This document shows, piece after piece, positions 45,566 to 63,815 of a DNA stretch of 64,000 bases. The notes under the pieces were generated by a model, which had not been told where the DNA came from, did not search any database, and saw only the letters and a list, made by a program, of their open reading frames with translations. The stretch lies in assembly GCF_052425735.1 (NCBI RefSeq), contig NC_135765.1:32426001-32490000 (forward strand), in the 5' to 3' direction. This stretch comes from Oculina patagonica. Taxonomy: Eukaryota. The position numbers and the translations under genes are program-made. The first letter of the stretch is position 1, and each line of letters opens with the position of its first letter.

Positions 45566-47882
45566 GGGACGTAAACAAGTCAAAGTTTAAATTGTTTAGT
45601 CCGGCCATTTTGTTGCTCCGCTTGTCGTCCTTATTTTTGCCCTGCTCTACAGTGTATTACCGGCTCATATTTTGCACGTTCTCTTGACCAAGTAACAGTA
45701 CGGTAAATTCGTATTGTATTGAACTCTTGCTGTAGATTACGTTAACTGAGCCCGGGATATTCGGCAGGGTTGTTGCTAGGTAACATGACATCATTATGGC
45801 CACATGCTGACGTCACAGCTTTTAGAGTACTTGTGCTGTGTTTCTGACTGGAATATAAGAATCGGGCCACTTCGGGTTCTTTACGGAGATTTGCCGAAAA
45901 CGAAGACTGTTCCCAAACAAGAAACATTCACAAAAAGAATTAAAATCATAAACAAGAAATATTATCAATATTCTTTTATTTCTGATCCTTTTTACAGAAA
46001 CAGCAATAGCAAATAAATTGATTTAACAAAGATCAGTCTCTTAACTGTTTTTTCCGTACAAAATTCACGATACAGAGAAGGTTCTTTAGTGACAATTTCT
46101 AAATGGTAGCGTTATTATTAAAACTGTTCCTTATTAAATAAAACACTCAAAACTATGAATTTCCACCTTTGCTAACAGAGTGTTCCTGTGTTTTTTAATG
46201 CATTGAAAAAATAATGGCTAGATAATATATTTTTGTTTTGTAAAACTGGAATTTTTATTAAGCTGTTCTTTAATTTTAATAATTATGATGGTAATTACAT
46301 ATTATTATGCACTGAATTTTGTGATTTCACATAGATGTTGCAAAGTTTTGTGAATAAATAATTTCAACCTTGTTTTTGTATGTGTACATTTTATAAGATC
46401 AGTGTCAAAATTATTTCATATTGACAAATAAACAGCACCTTGCGAAAGTGTTGCTCATAGTCTCATTCGAATGGTCACAACATTGGGTTTTCAGCCAAAT
46501 ATTTAAAAGGACCCAAATATATTACAAATGAATGGGAAATTTCTTGTGTACCGTATTTTTTAGTTCATTTTTAATAGCTTCGCATGGTCATATGACAATT
46601 TAATTGAAATGACCTGCTTGTAAGACTGACAAGCAAAAAAATAAATCATTTATTACATGAATTTATATTCACCTCCATCTTTTTAGAGTTTGCAATAAAT
46701 AATTATTAATTTGTGTCAGTCACAATAATTAATGCATTAAGTTGTTCACTACCTTACTCAATTCTTGGAGTGAGGGGTGGGGAACTTCCATATAAAAGGG
46801 ATGGAGATGCCTACCATCTTGCTTAGGGGAGTAAATTATGGATTTTTGTTCCACCTAGGGTGTTCTGGACATAAATTAAAATACCGGTATATTAATTAAG
46901 CAATCAAGGTCTTGTTTAGGGCTGCACATGAAGGAATAAAAAGTGCCTTCATATTGTGTTGGCTGTCTAAGACTAACCAGGCATGGAAAATTTATCTGGG
47001 TGAAAAAAAAGCTTGAGCAATTCCCAGATTGGTCCCCTTTAAAGGAAGCCTCAAGCCAAAGTGGCACACGCTTGCGGGAGCTTATTCCGGTTTCCGTAGC
47101 ATTAAGCGGCTAGGAATATTTCCCTGAATCCCCTGAATGGGATTTTTGTCTATTGCAGGGTACCCCCCAGCTTTATGTCGCCCGTACCAATTTATACACC
47201 TGGGTGGAGAGAGGCACTATGAGAGTAAAGTGTCTTGCCCCAGAAAACAACACAGTGACACCGGCTAGGCCTCGAACCCGGACCGCTCGATCCGGAGTCC
47301 GGCGCACTAACCATTAGGCCACCGCGCCTCCCAGAAATAACAATAAGGACAATAATATGTTTCAGACAATAAGTTAGTCCCCTTTAGGGCTTAATTAAAA
47401 TTTACATGGTTTATCTCATATTCTTGCAACAATTATTTTTTTTTATAATTTTTTCAAGTTATTTTTAATCTCACCGACATGTACAAGTGTGAAATGGACA
47501 AGACAAAAACTTCGGCCGCCATCACGATACCGTGATATTAGCCTGCGTTGCAGACGACTAAAACCCCGCGAAGATTTTGTGACACGTCCGGCTACAACGC
47601 AGGCTACAGATGTTTTATATTTGCATGACAACAGGCGTGACAAGGATTTCAGACCTTGCGCAACACTACATTCACGGAAAACGGCGCTCTCGCTTATGTT
47701 TCCTATTTTTATATCGCGTTAAGACTTAACGTTTACAATCTAGAGGTTAATTTCTTCGTTAAATCATTTTTAACGTCCTTTTTTCGCACTTTCTTTTATG
47801 TACGTGTCGTACGGGAAAAGGAAACGCCTGTGAGCCCGCCTGTATCAGCTGCTGACTGTCCCGCAGAAGCCTTCTCATCAAA

Positions 47883-48803
47883 ATGTCTCAACTTGTTGGT
47901 TGCTCGCTTGTTTCTCGTCCTGAAGCTTATTTACAATCGCTGCAGAGTTTTCAAGCAGCATTATTGGGGCCAGGAAACCGAACGTTGGAGTGTATTGAAG
48001 ACCATGTTTTTACAATTATCGCTGATTATGTCCGCGATCGCCTTAAAGATCAGTCGCCATTTTCCATTCTCAGTGTTGGAAGTGGTGACGGCGAAAATGA
48101 CCTGCCCTTCATTGAGATTCTAAGCAAACTCTACCCAGGAAAAAACAAGAAAGCTCAAATATTTGAACGCGCCATCGAACCAGACAAAGAAAGGTTGGAA
48201 GGATTCCGCGCTAAAGCAGAACATTTGCCAGAAAGTTTGAAGATTATAGCAGATGTTGAATTTGAATGGTGCGCAATGACCTACCAGAAGTACGTTGAAC
48301 AGAAGAAGGAAGAGGATGTGAAATTTGATGTAGTGCACTTTATACACAGTCTCTACTATGCTGGCCTTGAAACAGCACTGAAGCATTGCTACGAGAAAGA
48401 ACTTGGGACAAAAGGAGTCATTATACCTATCATAAACGATGAAGACAATCCCATTGTGAAGTATGGAAGAGTATTTTCTGACCAAGGCTTGATTTTGAAT
48501 CCTGGAGCTTACTACAGCAACAAAGATGTTAGAGATGTCGCTGAAAAGAACGGTTGGAAATACGTGGAATGTCCAGCCAACTTCAAACCCTGTGACATAA
48601 CAGCCATCTTTGATCGTTCATCTGAGCAGGGAAATAAGCTACTGGATTTCCTGACACATTGTGTTAATGTTAGAGAGACTGCCAACCAAGATAATCTTAA
48701 GAAAATTTTTCGTTTTTGGCAAAATGTATGCGTTGATGATGATCTTGGGAGAAAGATAATCCACTGGAAGACAAGGGCAGTTATAATTCTAAAAGGATTG
48801 TAA
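47883..48803 (+). CDS. HNMT-like clade A copy 6 (intact, 306 aa)
   Basis: Full ORF; a handful of substitutions vs copy 5. Confidence 0.9.
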   Translation: MSQLVGCSLVSRPEAYLQSLQSFQAALLGPGNRTLECIEDHVFTIIADYVRDRLKDQSPFSILSVGSGDGENDLPFIEILSKLYPGKNKKAQIFERAIEPDKERLEGFRAKAEHLPESLKIIADVEFEWCAMTYQKYVEQKKEEDVKFDVVHFIHSLYYAGLETALKHCYEKELGTKGVIIPIINDEDNPIVKYGRVFSDQGLILNPGAYYSNKDVRDVAEKNGWKYVECPANFKPCDITAIFDRSSEQGNKLLDFLTHCVNVRETANQDNLKKIFRFWQNVCVDDDLGRKIIHWKTRAVIILKGL

Positions 48804-49333
48804 AAGTCGAGGTCACTCGCGTCCCATGCACTTTGAGGTCTCAAAGTGCATGCGGCCTGCGTCGCAGACGTAATCTAACCCCGGCTTAGGGTTAAGTTTT
48901 GTCTGAGGCGCAGGCTAAGTGCATGAGACAAAGCCATTCATTGTAAACCAACAAACAATGTGTCGTTTATTGATTCCAATGTGACCTGTGTGATGCAGGT
49001 TTAAAGGCGACACGCGCGGACATTTACAAGATCGTGTAAAGGGACATAAACTGCATAAACAGAAGTCATCCTTCACACTCTTTTTTCTATAAGAATATAT
49101 TTTATAAGAATATTGAGGCTAAAATTGCGAAATTTTAAGAATATTTTAAGAATAAACCCGAGGCTGAGATTTTAAAAAGAATATATTTTTAAGTGTTTAA
49201 AATTTGTAAATTCAATACAATTATATTATTTCTGCTCGAAACGGAAAAGTATTGCGAAGTTGTTATTATGTTAGTACTGCAAAGGACGCTTATATTGAAA
49301 CGACTCTTTAATAAAACTATCAAACAAACCTTT

Positions 49334-50240
49334 GGTCAAACGCACGACAAGTTTCACCTTGGATCTCGACCTAGGCCATAAAAGGCTCACCAAAGGGCGG
49401 AATCGAATTCGATCGCGCCAAAACGTTCAGAAAGGCGTTTTCTCAACTTTCCCCTTGGGGGAAAACCGATTGTACGCGTTTCCAACGCTTTTGCGCACGA
49501 CAAGTTTCACCTTGGACCTCGACCTGGGTCATACAAGGCTCACCACAGGGCGGCATCGAACTCGATCGCGCCAAAACGTTCAGAAAGGCGATTCCTCGAC
49601 TTTCCTCTTGGGGGAAAACCGATTGCATGCGTTTCCAACGCATTTGTGCACGGCACGTTTCACCTTGGACCTCGACTTGGGCCATACAAGGCTCACCAAA
49701 TGGCGGCATCAAACTTGATCGCGATAAAACGTTCAGAGGCGTTTTCTCGACTTTCCTCCAGGAGGAAAACCGATTGCACGCGTCTCCCACGCGTTTGCGC
49801 ACGGCAAGTTTCACCTTGGCCAGTGACCTCAACCTGGGCCATACAAGGCTCCCAAAGGGAAGAATCGAACTCGATCGCGCCAAAACGTTCAGAAAGATGT
49901 TTTCTTGACTTTCTCCCAGGGGACTGACCGCGATTGCACGCGTTTTCAACGCGTTTGCGCACGGCAAGTTTCACCTTGGACCTCAGCCTGGGTCATACAA
50001 GGCTCACAAAAGGGCGGCATCGAACTCGATCGCGCCAAAACGTTCAGAAAGGCGTTTTCTTGACTTTACACCGGGGGAAAACCCATTACACGCATTTTCA
50101 ACGCGTTCGCGCCCGAGAAGTGTCACCTTGGACCTTGACCTGGCCCATACAAGGCTCACCAAAGGGCGGCATCGAACTTGATTGCGCCAAAACGTTGAGA
50201 AAGCTATTTTCTCGACTTTCTCCTAGGGGAAAACCGATAA
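49334..50240. repeat. 153-bp satellite, ~5.8 monomers
   Basis: Anchors near 49351, 49504, 49657, 49808, 49968, 50120. Confidence 0.92.
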
Positions 50241-52558
50241 GGGACGTAAACAAGTCAAAGTTTAAATTGTTTAGTCCGGCCATTTTGTTGCTCCGCTTGT
50301 CGTCCTTATTTTTGCCCTGTTCTACAGTGTATTACCGGCTCATATTTTGCGCGTTCTCTTGACCAAGTAACAGCACGGTAAACTCGTATTGTATTGAACT
50401 CTTGCTGTAGATTACGTTAACTGAGTCCGGGATATTCGGCAGGGTTGTTGCTAGGTAACATGACATCATTATGGCCACATGCTGACGTCACAGCTTTTAG
50501 AGTACTTGTGCTGTGTTTCTGACTGGAATATAAGAATCGGGCCACTTCGGGTTCTTTACGGAGATTAGCCGAAAACGAAGGCTGTTCCCAAACAAGAAAC
50601 ATTCACAAAAAGAATTAAAATCATAAACAAGAAATATTATCAACATTCTTTTATTTCTGATCCTTTTTACAGAAACAGCAATAGCAAATAAATTGATTTA
50701 ACAAAGATCAGTCTCTTAATTGTTTTTTCCGTACAAAATTCACGATACAGAGAAGGTTCTTTAGTGACAATTTCTAAATGGTAGCGTTATTATTAAAACT
50801 GTTCCTTATTAAATAAAACACTCAAGACTATGAACTTCCACCTTTGCTAACAGAGTGTTCCTGTGTTTTTTAATGCATTGAAAAAATAATGGCTAGATAA
50901 TATATTTTTGTTTTGTAAAACTGGAATTTTTATTGAGCTGTTCTTTAATTTTAATAATTATGATGGTAATGACATATTATTATGCACTGAATTTTGTGAT
51001 TTCACATAGATGTTGCAAAGTTTTGTGAATAAATAATTTCAACCTTGTTTTTGTATGTGTACATTTTATAAGATCAGTGTCAAAATTATTTCATATTGAC
51101 AAATAAACAGCACCTTGCGAAAGTGTTGCTCATAGTCTCATTCGAATGGTCACAACATTGGGTTTTCAGCCAAATATTTAAAAGGACCCAAATATATTAC
51201 AAATGAATGGGAAATTTCTTGTGTACCGTATTTTTTAGTTCATTTTTAATAGCTTCGCATGGTCATATGACAATTTAATTGAAATGACCTGCTTGTAAGA
51301 CTGACAAGCAAAAAAATAAATCATTTATTACATGAATGTATATTCACCTCCATCTTTTTAGAGTTTGCAATAAATAATTATTAATTTGTGTCAGTCACAA
51401 TAATTAATGCATTAAGTTGTTCACTACCTTACTCAATTCTTGGAGTGAGGGGTGGGGAACTTCCATATAAAAGGGATGGAGATGCCTACCATCTTGCTTA
51501 GGGGAGTAAATTATGGATTTTTGTTCCACCTAGGGTGTTCTGGACATAAATTAAAATACCGGTATATTAATTAAGCAATCAAGGTCTTGTTTAGGGCTGC
51601 ACATGAAGAAATAAAAAGTGCCTTCATATTGTGTTGGCTGTCTAAGACTAACCAGGCATGGAAAATTTATCTGGGTGAAAAAAAAAGCTTGAGCAATTCC
51701 CAGATTGGTCCCCTTTAAAGGAAGCCTCAAGCCAAAGTGGCACACGCTTGCGGGAGCTTATTCCGGTTTCCGTAGCATTAAGCGGCTAGGAATATTTCCC
51801 TGAATCCCCTGAATGGGATTTTTGACTATTGCAGGGTACCCCCCAGCTTTATGTCGCCCGTACCAATTTATACACCTGGGTGGAGAGAGGCACTATGAGA
51901 GTAAAGTGTCTTGCCCCAGAAAACAACACAGTGACACCGGCTAGGCCTCGAACCCGGACCGCTCGATCCGGAGTCCGGCGCACTAACCATTAGGCCACCG
52001 CGCCTCCCAGAAATAACAATAAGGACAATAATATGTTTCAGACAATAAGTTAGTCCCCTTTAGGGCTTAATTAAAATTTACATGGTTTATCTCATATTCT
52101 TGCAACAATTATTTTTTTTTATAATTTTTTCAAGTTATTTTTAATCTCACCGACATGTACAAGTGTGAAATGGACAAGACAAAAACTTCGGCCGCCATCA
52201 CGATACCGTGATATTAGCCTGCGTTGCAGACGACTAAAACCCCGCGAAGATTTTGTGACACGTCCGGCTACAACGCAGGCTACAGATGTTTTATATTTGC
52301 ATGACAACAGGCGTGACAAGGATTTCAGACCTTGCGCAACACTACATTCACGGAAAACGGCGCTCTCGCTTATGTTTCCTATTTTTATATCGCGTTAAGA
52401 CTTAACGTTTACAATCTAGAGGTTAATTTCTTCGTTAAATCATTTTTAACGTCCTTTTTTCGCACTTTCTTTTATGTACGTGTCGTACGGGAAAAGGAAA
52501 CGCCTGTGAGCCCGCCCGTATCAGCCGCTGACTGTCCCGCAGAAGCCTTCTCATCAAA

Positions 52559-53487
52559 ATGTCTCAACTTGTTGGTTGCTCGCTTGTTTCTCGTCCTGAA
52601 GCTTATTTACAATCGCTGCAGAGTTTTCAAGCAGCATTATTGGGGCCAGGAAACCGAACGTTGGAGTGTATTGAAGACCATGTTTTTACAATTATCGCTG
52701 ATTATGTCCGCGATCGCCTTAAAGATCAGTCGCCATTTTCTATTCTCAGTGTTGGAAGTGGTGACGGCGAAAATGACCTGGCCTTCCTTGAGATTCTAAG
52801 CAAACTCTACCCAGGAAAAAACAAGAAAGCTCAAATATTTGAACGTGCCATCGAACCAGACAAAGAAAGGTTGGAAGGATTTCGCGCTAAAGCAGAACAT
52901 TTGCCGGAAAGTTTGAAGATTATAGCATCGATTATAGCAGATGTTGAATTTGAATGGTGCGCAATGACCTACCAGAAGTACGTTGAACAGAAGAAGGAAG
53001 AGGATGTGAAATTTGATGTAGTCCACTTTATACATAGCATCTACTATGCTGGCTTGAAACAGCACTGAAGCATTGCTACGAGAAAGAACTTGGGACAAAA
53101 GGAGTCATTATATCTATCATAAACGATGAAGACAATCCCATTGTGAAGTATGGAAGAGTATTTTCCAACCAAGGCTTGATTTTGAACCCGGGAGCTTTCT
53201 ACAGCAGTAAAGATGTTAGAGATGTCGCTAAAAACGGCTGGAAGTACGCAGAATGTGCAGGCGAGACCAAACCCTGTGACATAACAGCCATCTTTGATCG
53301 TTCATCTGAGCAGGGAAATAAACTGCTGGATTTCCTGACACATTGTGTTAATGTTAGTGAGACTGCCAGCCAAGATAATCTTAAGAAAATTTTTCGTTTT
53401 TGGCAAAATGTATGCGTTGATGATGATCTTGGGAGAAAGATAATCCACTGGAAGACAAGGGCTGTAATAATTCTAAAAGGATTGTAA
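52559..53487 (+). pseudogene. HNMT-like clade A copy 7, -1 frameshift at ~53053 plus a 12-nt in-frame duplication
   Basis: GCTGGCTTGAAA vs GCTGGCCTTGAAA; ATTATAGCATCG-ATTATAGCAG insertion. Confidence 0.8.
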
Positions 53488-54017
53488 AAGTCGAGGTCAC
53501 TCGCGTCTCATGCACTTTGAGGTCTCAAAGTGCATGCGGCCTGCGTCGCAGACGTAATCTAACCCCGGCTTAGGGTAAAGTTTTGTCTGAGGCGCATGCT
53601 AAGTGCATGAGACAAAGCCATTGATTGTAAACCAACAAACAATGTGTCGTTTATAGATTCCAATGTGACCTTTGTGATGCGGGTTTAAAGGCGACACGCG
53701 CGGACATTTACAAGATCGTGTAAAGGGACATAAACTGCATAAACAGAAGTCATCCTTCACACTCTTTTTTCTATAAGAATATATTTTATAAGAATATTGA
53801 GGCTAAAATTGCGAAATTTTAAGAATATTTTAAGAATAAACCCGAGGCTGAGATTTTAAAAAGAATATATTTTTAAGTGTTTAAAATTTGTAAATTCAAT
53901 ACAATTATATTATTTCTGCTCGAAACGGAAAAGTATTGCGAAGTTGTTATTATGTTAGTACTGCAAAGGACGCTTATATTGAAACGACTCTTTAATAAAA
54001 CTATCAAACAAACCTTT

Positions 54018-54762
54018 GGTCAAACGCACGGCACGTTTCACCTTGGACCTCGACCTAGGCCATAAAAGGCTCACCAAAGGGCGGAATCGAATTCGATCGC
54101 GCCAAAACGTTCAGAAAGGCGATTCCTCGACTTTCCTCTAGGGGAAAAACCGATTGCATGCGTTTCCAACGCATTTGCGCACGGCACGTTTCACCTTGGA
54201 CCTCGACCTGGGCCATACAAGGCTCACCACAGGGCGGCATCGAACTCGATCGCGCCAAAACGTTCAGAAAGGCGTTTTCTCGACTTTCCTCCAGGAGGAA
54301 AACCGATTGCACGCGTTTCCAACGCTTTTGCGCACGACACGTTTCACCTTGGACCTCGACCTGGGCCATACAAGGCTCACCAAATGGCGGCATCAAACTT
54401 GATCGCGATAAAACGTTCAGAGGCGTTTTCTCGACTTTCCTCCAGGAGGAAAACCGATTGCACGCGTTTTCAACGCGTTTGCGCACGGCAAGTTTCACCT
54501 TGGACCTCAGCCTGGGTCATACAAGGCTCACAAAAGGGCGGCATCGAACTCGATCCCGCCAAAACGTTCAGAAAGGCGTTTTCTTGACTTTACTCCAGGG
54601 GGAAAACCGAATACACGCATTTTCAACGCGTTCGCGCCCTAGAAGTGTCACCTTGGACCTTGACCTGGCCACAAGGCTCACCAAAGGGCGGCATCGAACC
54701 CAATCGCGACAAAACGTTCAGAAAGGCGATTCCTCTACTTTACTCCAGGGGCAAAACCGTTA
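54018..54762. repeat. 153-bp satellite, ~4.8 monomers
   Basis: Anchors near 54035, 54188, 54341, 54492, 54645. Confidence 0.92.
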
Positions 54763-56022
54763 AGAGACGTAAACGAGTCAAAGTTTGAATTGTTTAGCCC
54801 GGCCATGTTGTTGCTCGGGTTGTCGTCCGTATTTTTGCCGTTCTACAGTGTATTACCGGCTCATATTTTGCGCGTTTTCTTGACCAAGTATAACAGCACG
54901 GTAAACTCGTATTGTAGTGAACCGAGAACTCTTGCTGTTGTTTACGGTAACTGTGCCCGCGGTATTCAGCAGGGTTGTTGCTAACTAACATGACATATCA
55001 TGGCCACATGATGACGTCACAGCTTCCAGAGAACTGGTGCTGTGTTTCTGAAAGAATCGGGCCACTTCGGGTTCTTTACGGGGATTTGCCGAAAACGAAG
55101 ACTGTTCCCAAACAAGGAACATTCACATAAAGAATAAAATCATAAACAAATATATTATCAATATTCTTTTATTTCTGATCCTATTTACAGAAACAGCAAT
55201 AGCAAATAAATTGATTTAACAAAGATCAGTCTCTTAATAAATGTTTTGTTTTCGTACAAAATTCACGATACACGGGGAAGGTTGTTTAGTGACAATGACT
55301 AAATGGTTGCATTATTATTAAAACTGTTCCTTATTAAATAAAACACTCAAGACTATGAATTTCAACCTTAGCTAACAGAGTGTTACTGTACTTTTAAATG
55401 CATTGAAAAAATAATGGCTAGATAATATATTTCTGTTTTGTAAAACTGGAATTTTTATTAAGCTGTTCTTTAATTATGCTGGTACATGTAGTTACATAAT
55501 ATTAAGCACTCAATTTTGTGATATCACATAGATGTTGTAAAGTTTTGTAAATAAATATTTAATTTCAACCCTTGCTGTTGTACAAATCTGTTTATTTTAT
55601 CATGTCAGTATCAAAATTATTTCATATTGACAAATAAACAGCACCTTGCGAAGTTCTGCTCAATAGTCTCATTTGAATGGTCACATATTGGGTTTTCAGC
55701 CAAATATTTAAAAGGACCCAAATATATTACAAATGAATGCGAAATTTCTTGTGTACCGTATTTTTTAGTTCATTTTTAATAGCTTCGCATGATCATGAAA
55801 TGACCTGCTTGTAAGACTGACAAGCAAAAAAATAAATCATGTATTACATGAACTTATATTCATCTCTATCTTTTGAGAGTTCACAATAAATAATTATTAA
55901 TTTGCGTCAGTCACAATAATTAATGCATTAAGTTGTTCACAACCTTTCTCAATACCTCCCGTCATGAGGGGGGCGGAACTTCCATATGAAAGGGATGGGG
56001 ACTCTTACCATCTTGCCTAGAA

Positions 56023-56305
56023 GGCAGAGTGGCTGAGTTGTTAGGGCGTTGGACTTGAAAATTATATGAAGGTATCGGGTTCAAGTCCCGTTCTGACCAC
56101 TGCCTGGAGTTGTTTCACAGTAGATCAGAATTCGACTCCACAGCCATGCTCGTAAATACACAACTGATCTGCCTCCTACCAGGTGGGATTTTTTTAACCT
56201 TGTTACCGGTATGTTTAATTTGTAATATTTATTTCTAATGTTTGAATCCTCCGCCCCATTAGCACTTGTGCTAAATCAGTTACCGAGGGTAAACTAATGT
56301 CATTT
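56023..56305 (+). mobile_element. tRNA-derived SINE (probably Meta-domain type)
   Basis: A-box GTGGCTGAGTTG, B-box GGTTCAAGTCC, central CTCGTAAATACACAACTGATCTGCCTCC..GTGGGATT. Confidence 0.6.
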
Positions 56306-56735
56306 ATTTATCTTTTTAGGGGTGTAAATCACGGATAAGTTTTGTTCTCACTTAGCAATCAAGGTCTCGTTTTGGGTTAAACATTAAGATATAAAAAGTG
56401 CTGTAATAATCACGATGGTTGTCTTGGCCAATTAGAAATTTAAAATGGCGTTTTTAAGGTGTCAAAAAAGCTTCAACAATGCCCAGACTGGTCCTCTTTG
56501 GGGTTCATTTAAAAGTTTCTGATGAGCATCCCAGTCCCTTTCATATGGAAGTCCCCCTGGGACTAAATTCTGGTACCATAATGTACAGTCACACATCAAC
56601 AACCCTTTGCCAACAATCAACCTCACAATAAAACAACCTTTTTCTCTCATTTTGCTGATAATTCCCACTCAGGTTGCCGTTCAGACAACAATAAAAATAT
56701 ATTATTTAATGACAGTGTGATAAAGCAAGGATCCA

Positions 56736-61975
<5,240 letters not shown>

Positions 61976-62164
61976 CTTGCTACAAGAACTTCCTCACTTA
62001 CACTAAAGCGTCATCACAAAAAGCAATTTTCTCACGAGTTGACGCGGGACTTTGGACAAAGAGCGGAAGACTGGTGCTTAGTTACGGAGCATCCCGAAAG
62101 AAACCGGAAACTTACCGATGATTTACGTGAATCTTCGATAAAACTCCGGAGGAGCCCGTCATCA
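61976..62164. promoter_or_regulatory. ~190-bp bidirectional promoter
   Basis: Divergent ATGs at 61975 and 62165; ETS-like (G/C)CGGAA motifs. Confidence 0.5.
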
Positions 62165-63779
62165 ATGGTTGTCATGGAAATAAGCGAAGCGGTCATCTCG
62201 GAAATCAGTCAGAAAATGGCCACCGCAAGTCAACAGAGGCCGTTGCCTCTTTTACGCCGGCCTTTGCCACCAAAACAATCGCCACCACCGTCTTCAATCC
62301 GGTCCCGATCAGAAGATAAATACTCGGAGACCGAGGATAATTACAAAGTGTTGCCAAAATCGCCAGGCGTGTCAAGTGTAAAGCGCCTTGTTAACGCGAA
62401 GTCAAAAGTTGGTGACTCCACAGCAAGAGAAGTGAGATTTCACGGTGATGTTCCACTTCCAATCACGTCTGTTATCAAGCCTTTCAAGGCAAAAGGACCC
62501 GATCCTTTACCACCAAGGCCTCCGAGAAAACTAAGAGAATTGCCATTAGAGGCTTTCATAAAAGATTCATACACAAGACCGCCTCCTGAATTTACGTTGA
62601 AAGACTTTGTGAAAAGATTACCTTCGCGGGCTGGATTGGATGAGGATGGCGAACCAATGGTGTCAGATCAAAACTATGAAAAATTAACTAACTGGCTTGC
62701 TACCAATAAGCCTCATCAATCTGCGATTCATAGTCTCGAAATAGACAGTGAGTAGATTTTATTTTGATTGATTTATTAATACAAAAATCCATCTTTGTTT
62801 TAATTAACGTGTTTGTAAAAATCATGCTTATTATGTATTTTTAGCACAGCCAAGAAATCACGACTGCGCTGATTGGCTTGACAGCTGTTTGCTATTACTT
62901 TGTGGAAAAATGGAATAATAGTAAAAAATGTTTTTTTTTTTCCTAAGTGATATATGACCATATTATTTTAAGTACTGCTGTCAAAATTTTGGAAAACACT
63001 ATACACTTAGTCACTGGTCCCGAGGGAAACAATAAATTTTGTTTCCGAGAATCTCAATATTTCCCAAGGTGGAGCTGAGGGAAACATTGAGATTGAAGGA
63101 AACAGAATTAACTGGTTTTCCAAGGGACCAGTGCAATGGTCGTCAGTCAACATTCGCGGGTCCCAGTGCACTGTCACCCTCTGACATAGATTTTGCATTG
63201 TTGCCCGCTCAGAGACTTTTGGCGGGAAACAGTTTTATTGTTAGAGAAGTTAGAGAAGACTACCTTATTGTTACTTATTTTCGCGGGACTTAATTTTCGC
63301 GATTTTCAAAAAATCGCGAAATTAAAGACTCGCGAATAAAGGTTCTCGCGAAAAATAACGACGCGAACTTTAATACCCTTCTTTATAATTCGTTAAAATT
63401 AATTAACGTTACGGTCAGTTTTCTACATCATTATCTTGGTGCAGTCATTGTCAAACTAGCTCTTCTTTGTTACAAAGGAACATGTCAGACTGTTTTAAGT
63501 TTCGTTTTGTTATATGGTTTTGTTCAGTGTCACTGGAAACTATTGCTATTAAAATTAGTTGTGTCAATTTTTAAAATTACTGTTTGTTAATGCAGACCAG
63601 TTTTTTTGACAATTTCGCGAAATTTAGTTCCTTCAAATGTAATTTTTGGGCCAAATCGCGAAATTTAAGTCCCGCGAAATATGTCTGTTCCATTTTCGCG
63701 AAATTAAGTTCCTGCGAAAATAAGTAACAATAAGGTAGAATGTCTAACCATTTGCAGATGTAATTACAAAGGCAGCACA

Positions 63780-63815
<36 letters not shown>

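Larger units (their letters stand above)
40250..55990 (+). repeat. Tandem segmental duplication, ~4.68-kb unit (satellite, AT-rich block, SINE, methyltransferase)
   Basis: ATG spacing 43201, 47883, 52559 (4682 and 4676 bp); intergenic sequence nearly identical between units. Confidence 0.93.

Noticed and set aside
44821-45687. 288-aa ORF with 51-aa repeats (and similar ORFs at 49332-50362 and 54055-54763)
   Set aside because: By-product of a 153-bp (3n) monomer; TTG start, open on both strands, and frames broken by indels in sibling arrays
24269-53487. Bacterial origin or contamination of the intronless methyltransferases
   Set aside because: Embedded among animal SINEs and MITEs, CAAAATG start context, no operon structure, and motifs closest to animal HNMT; ancient transfer cannot be tested without a phylogeny
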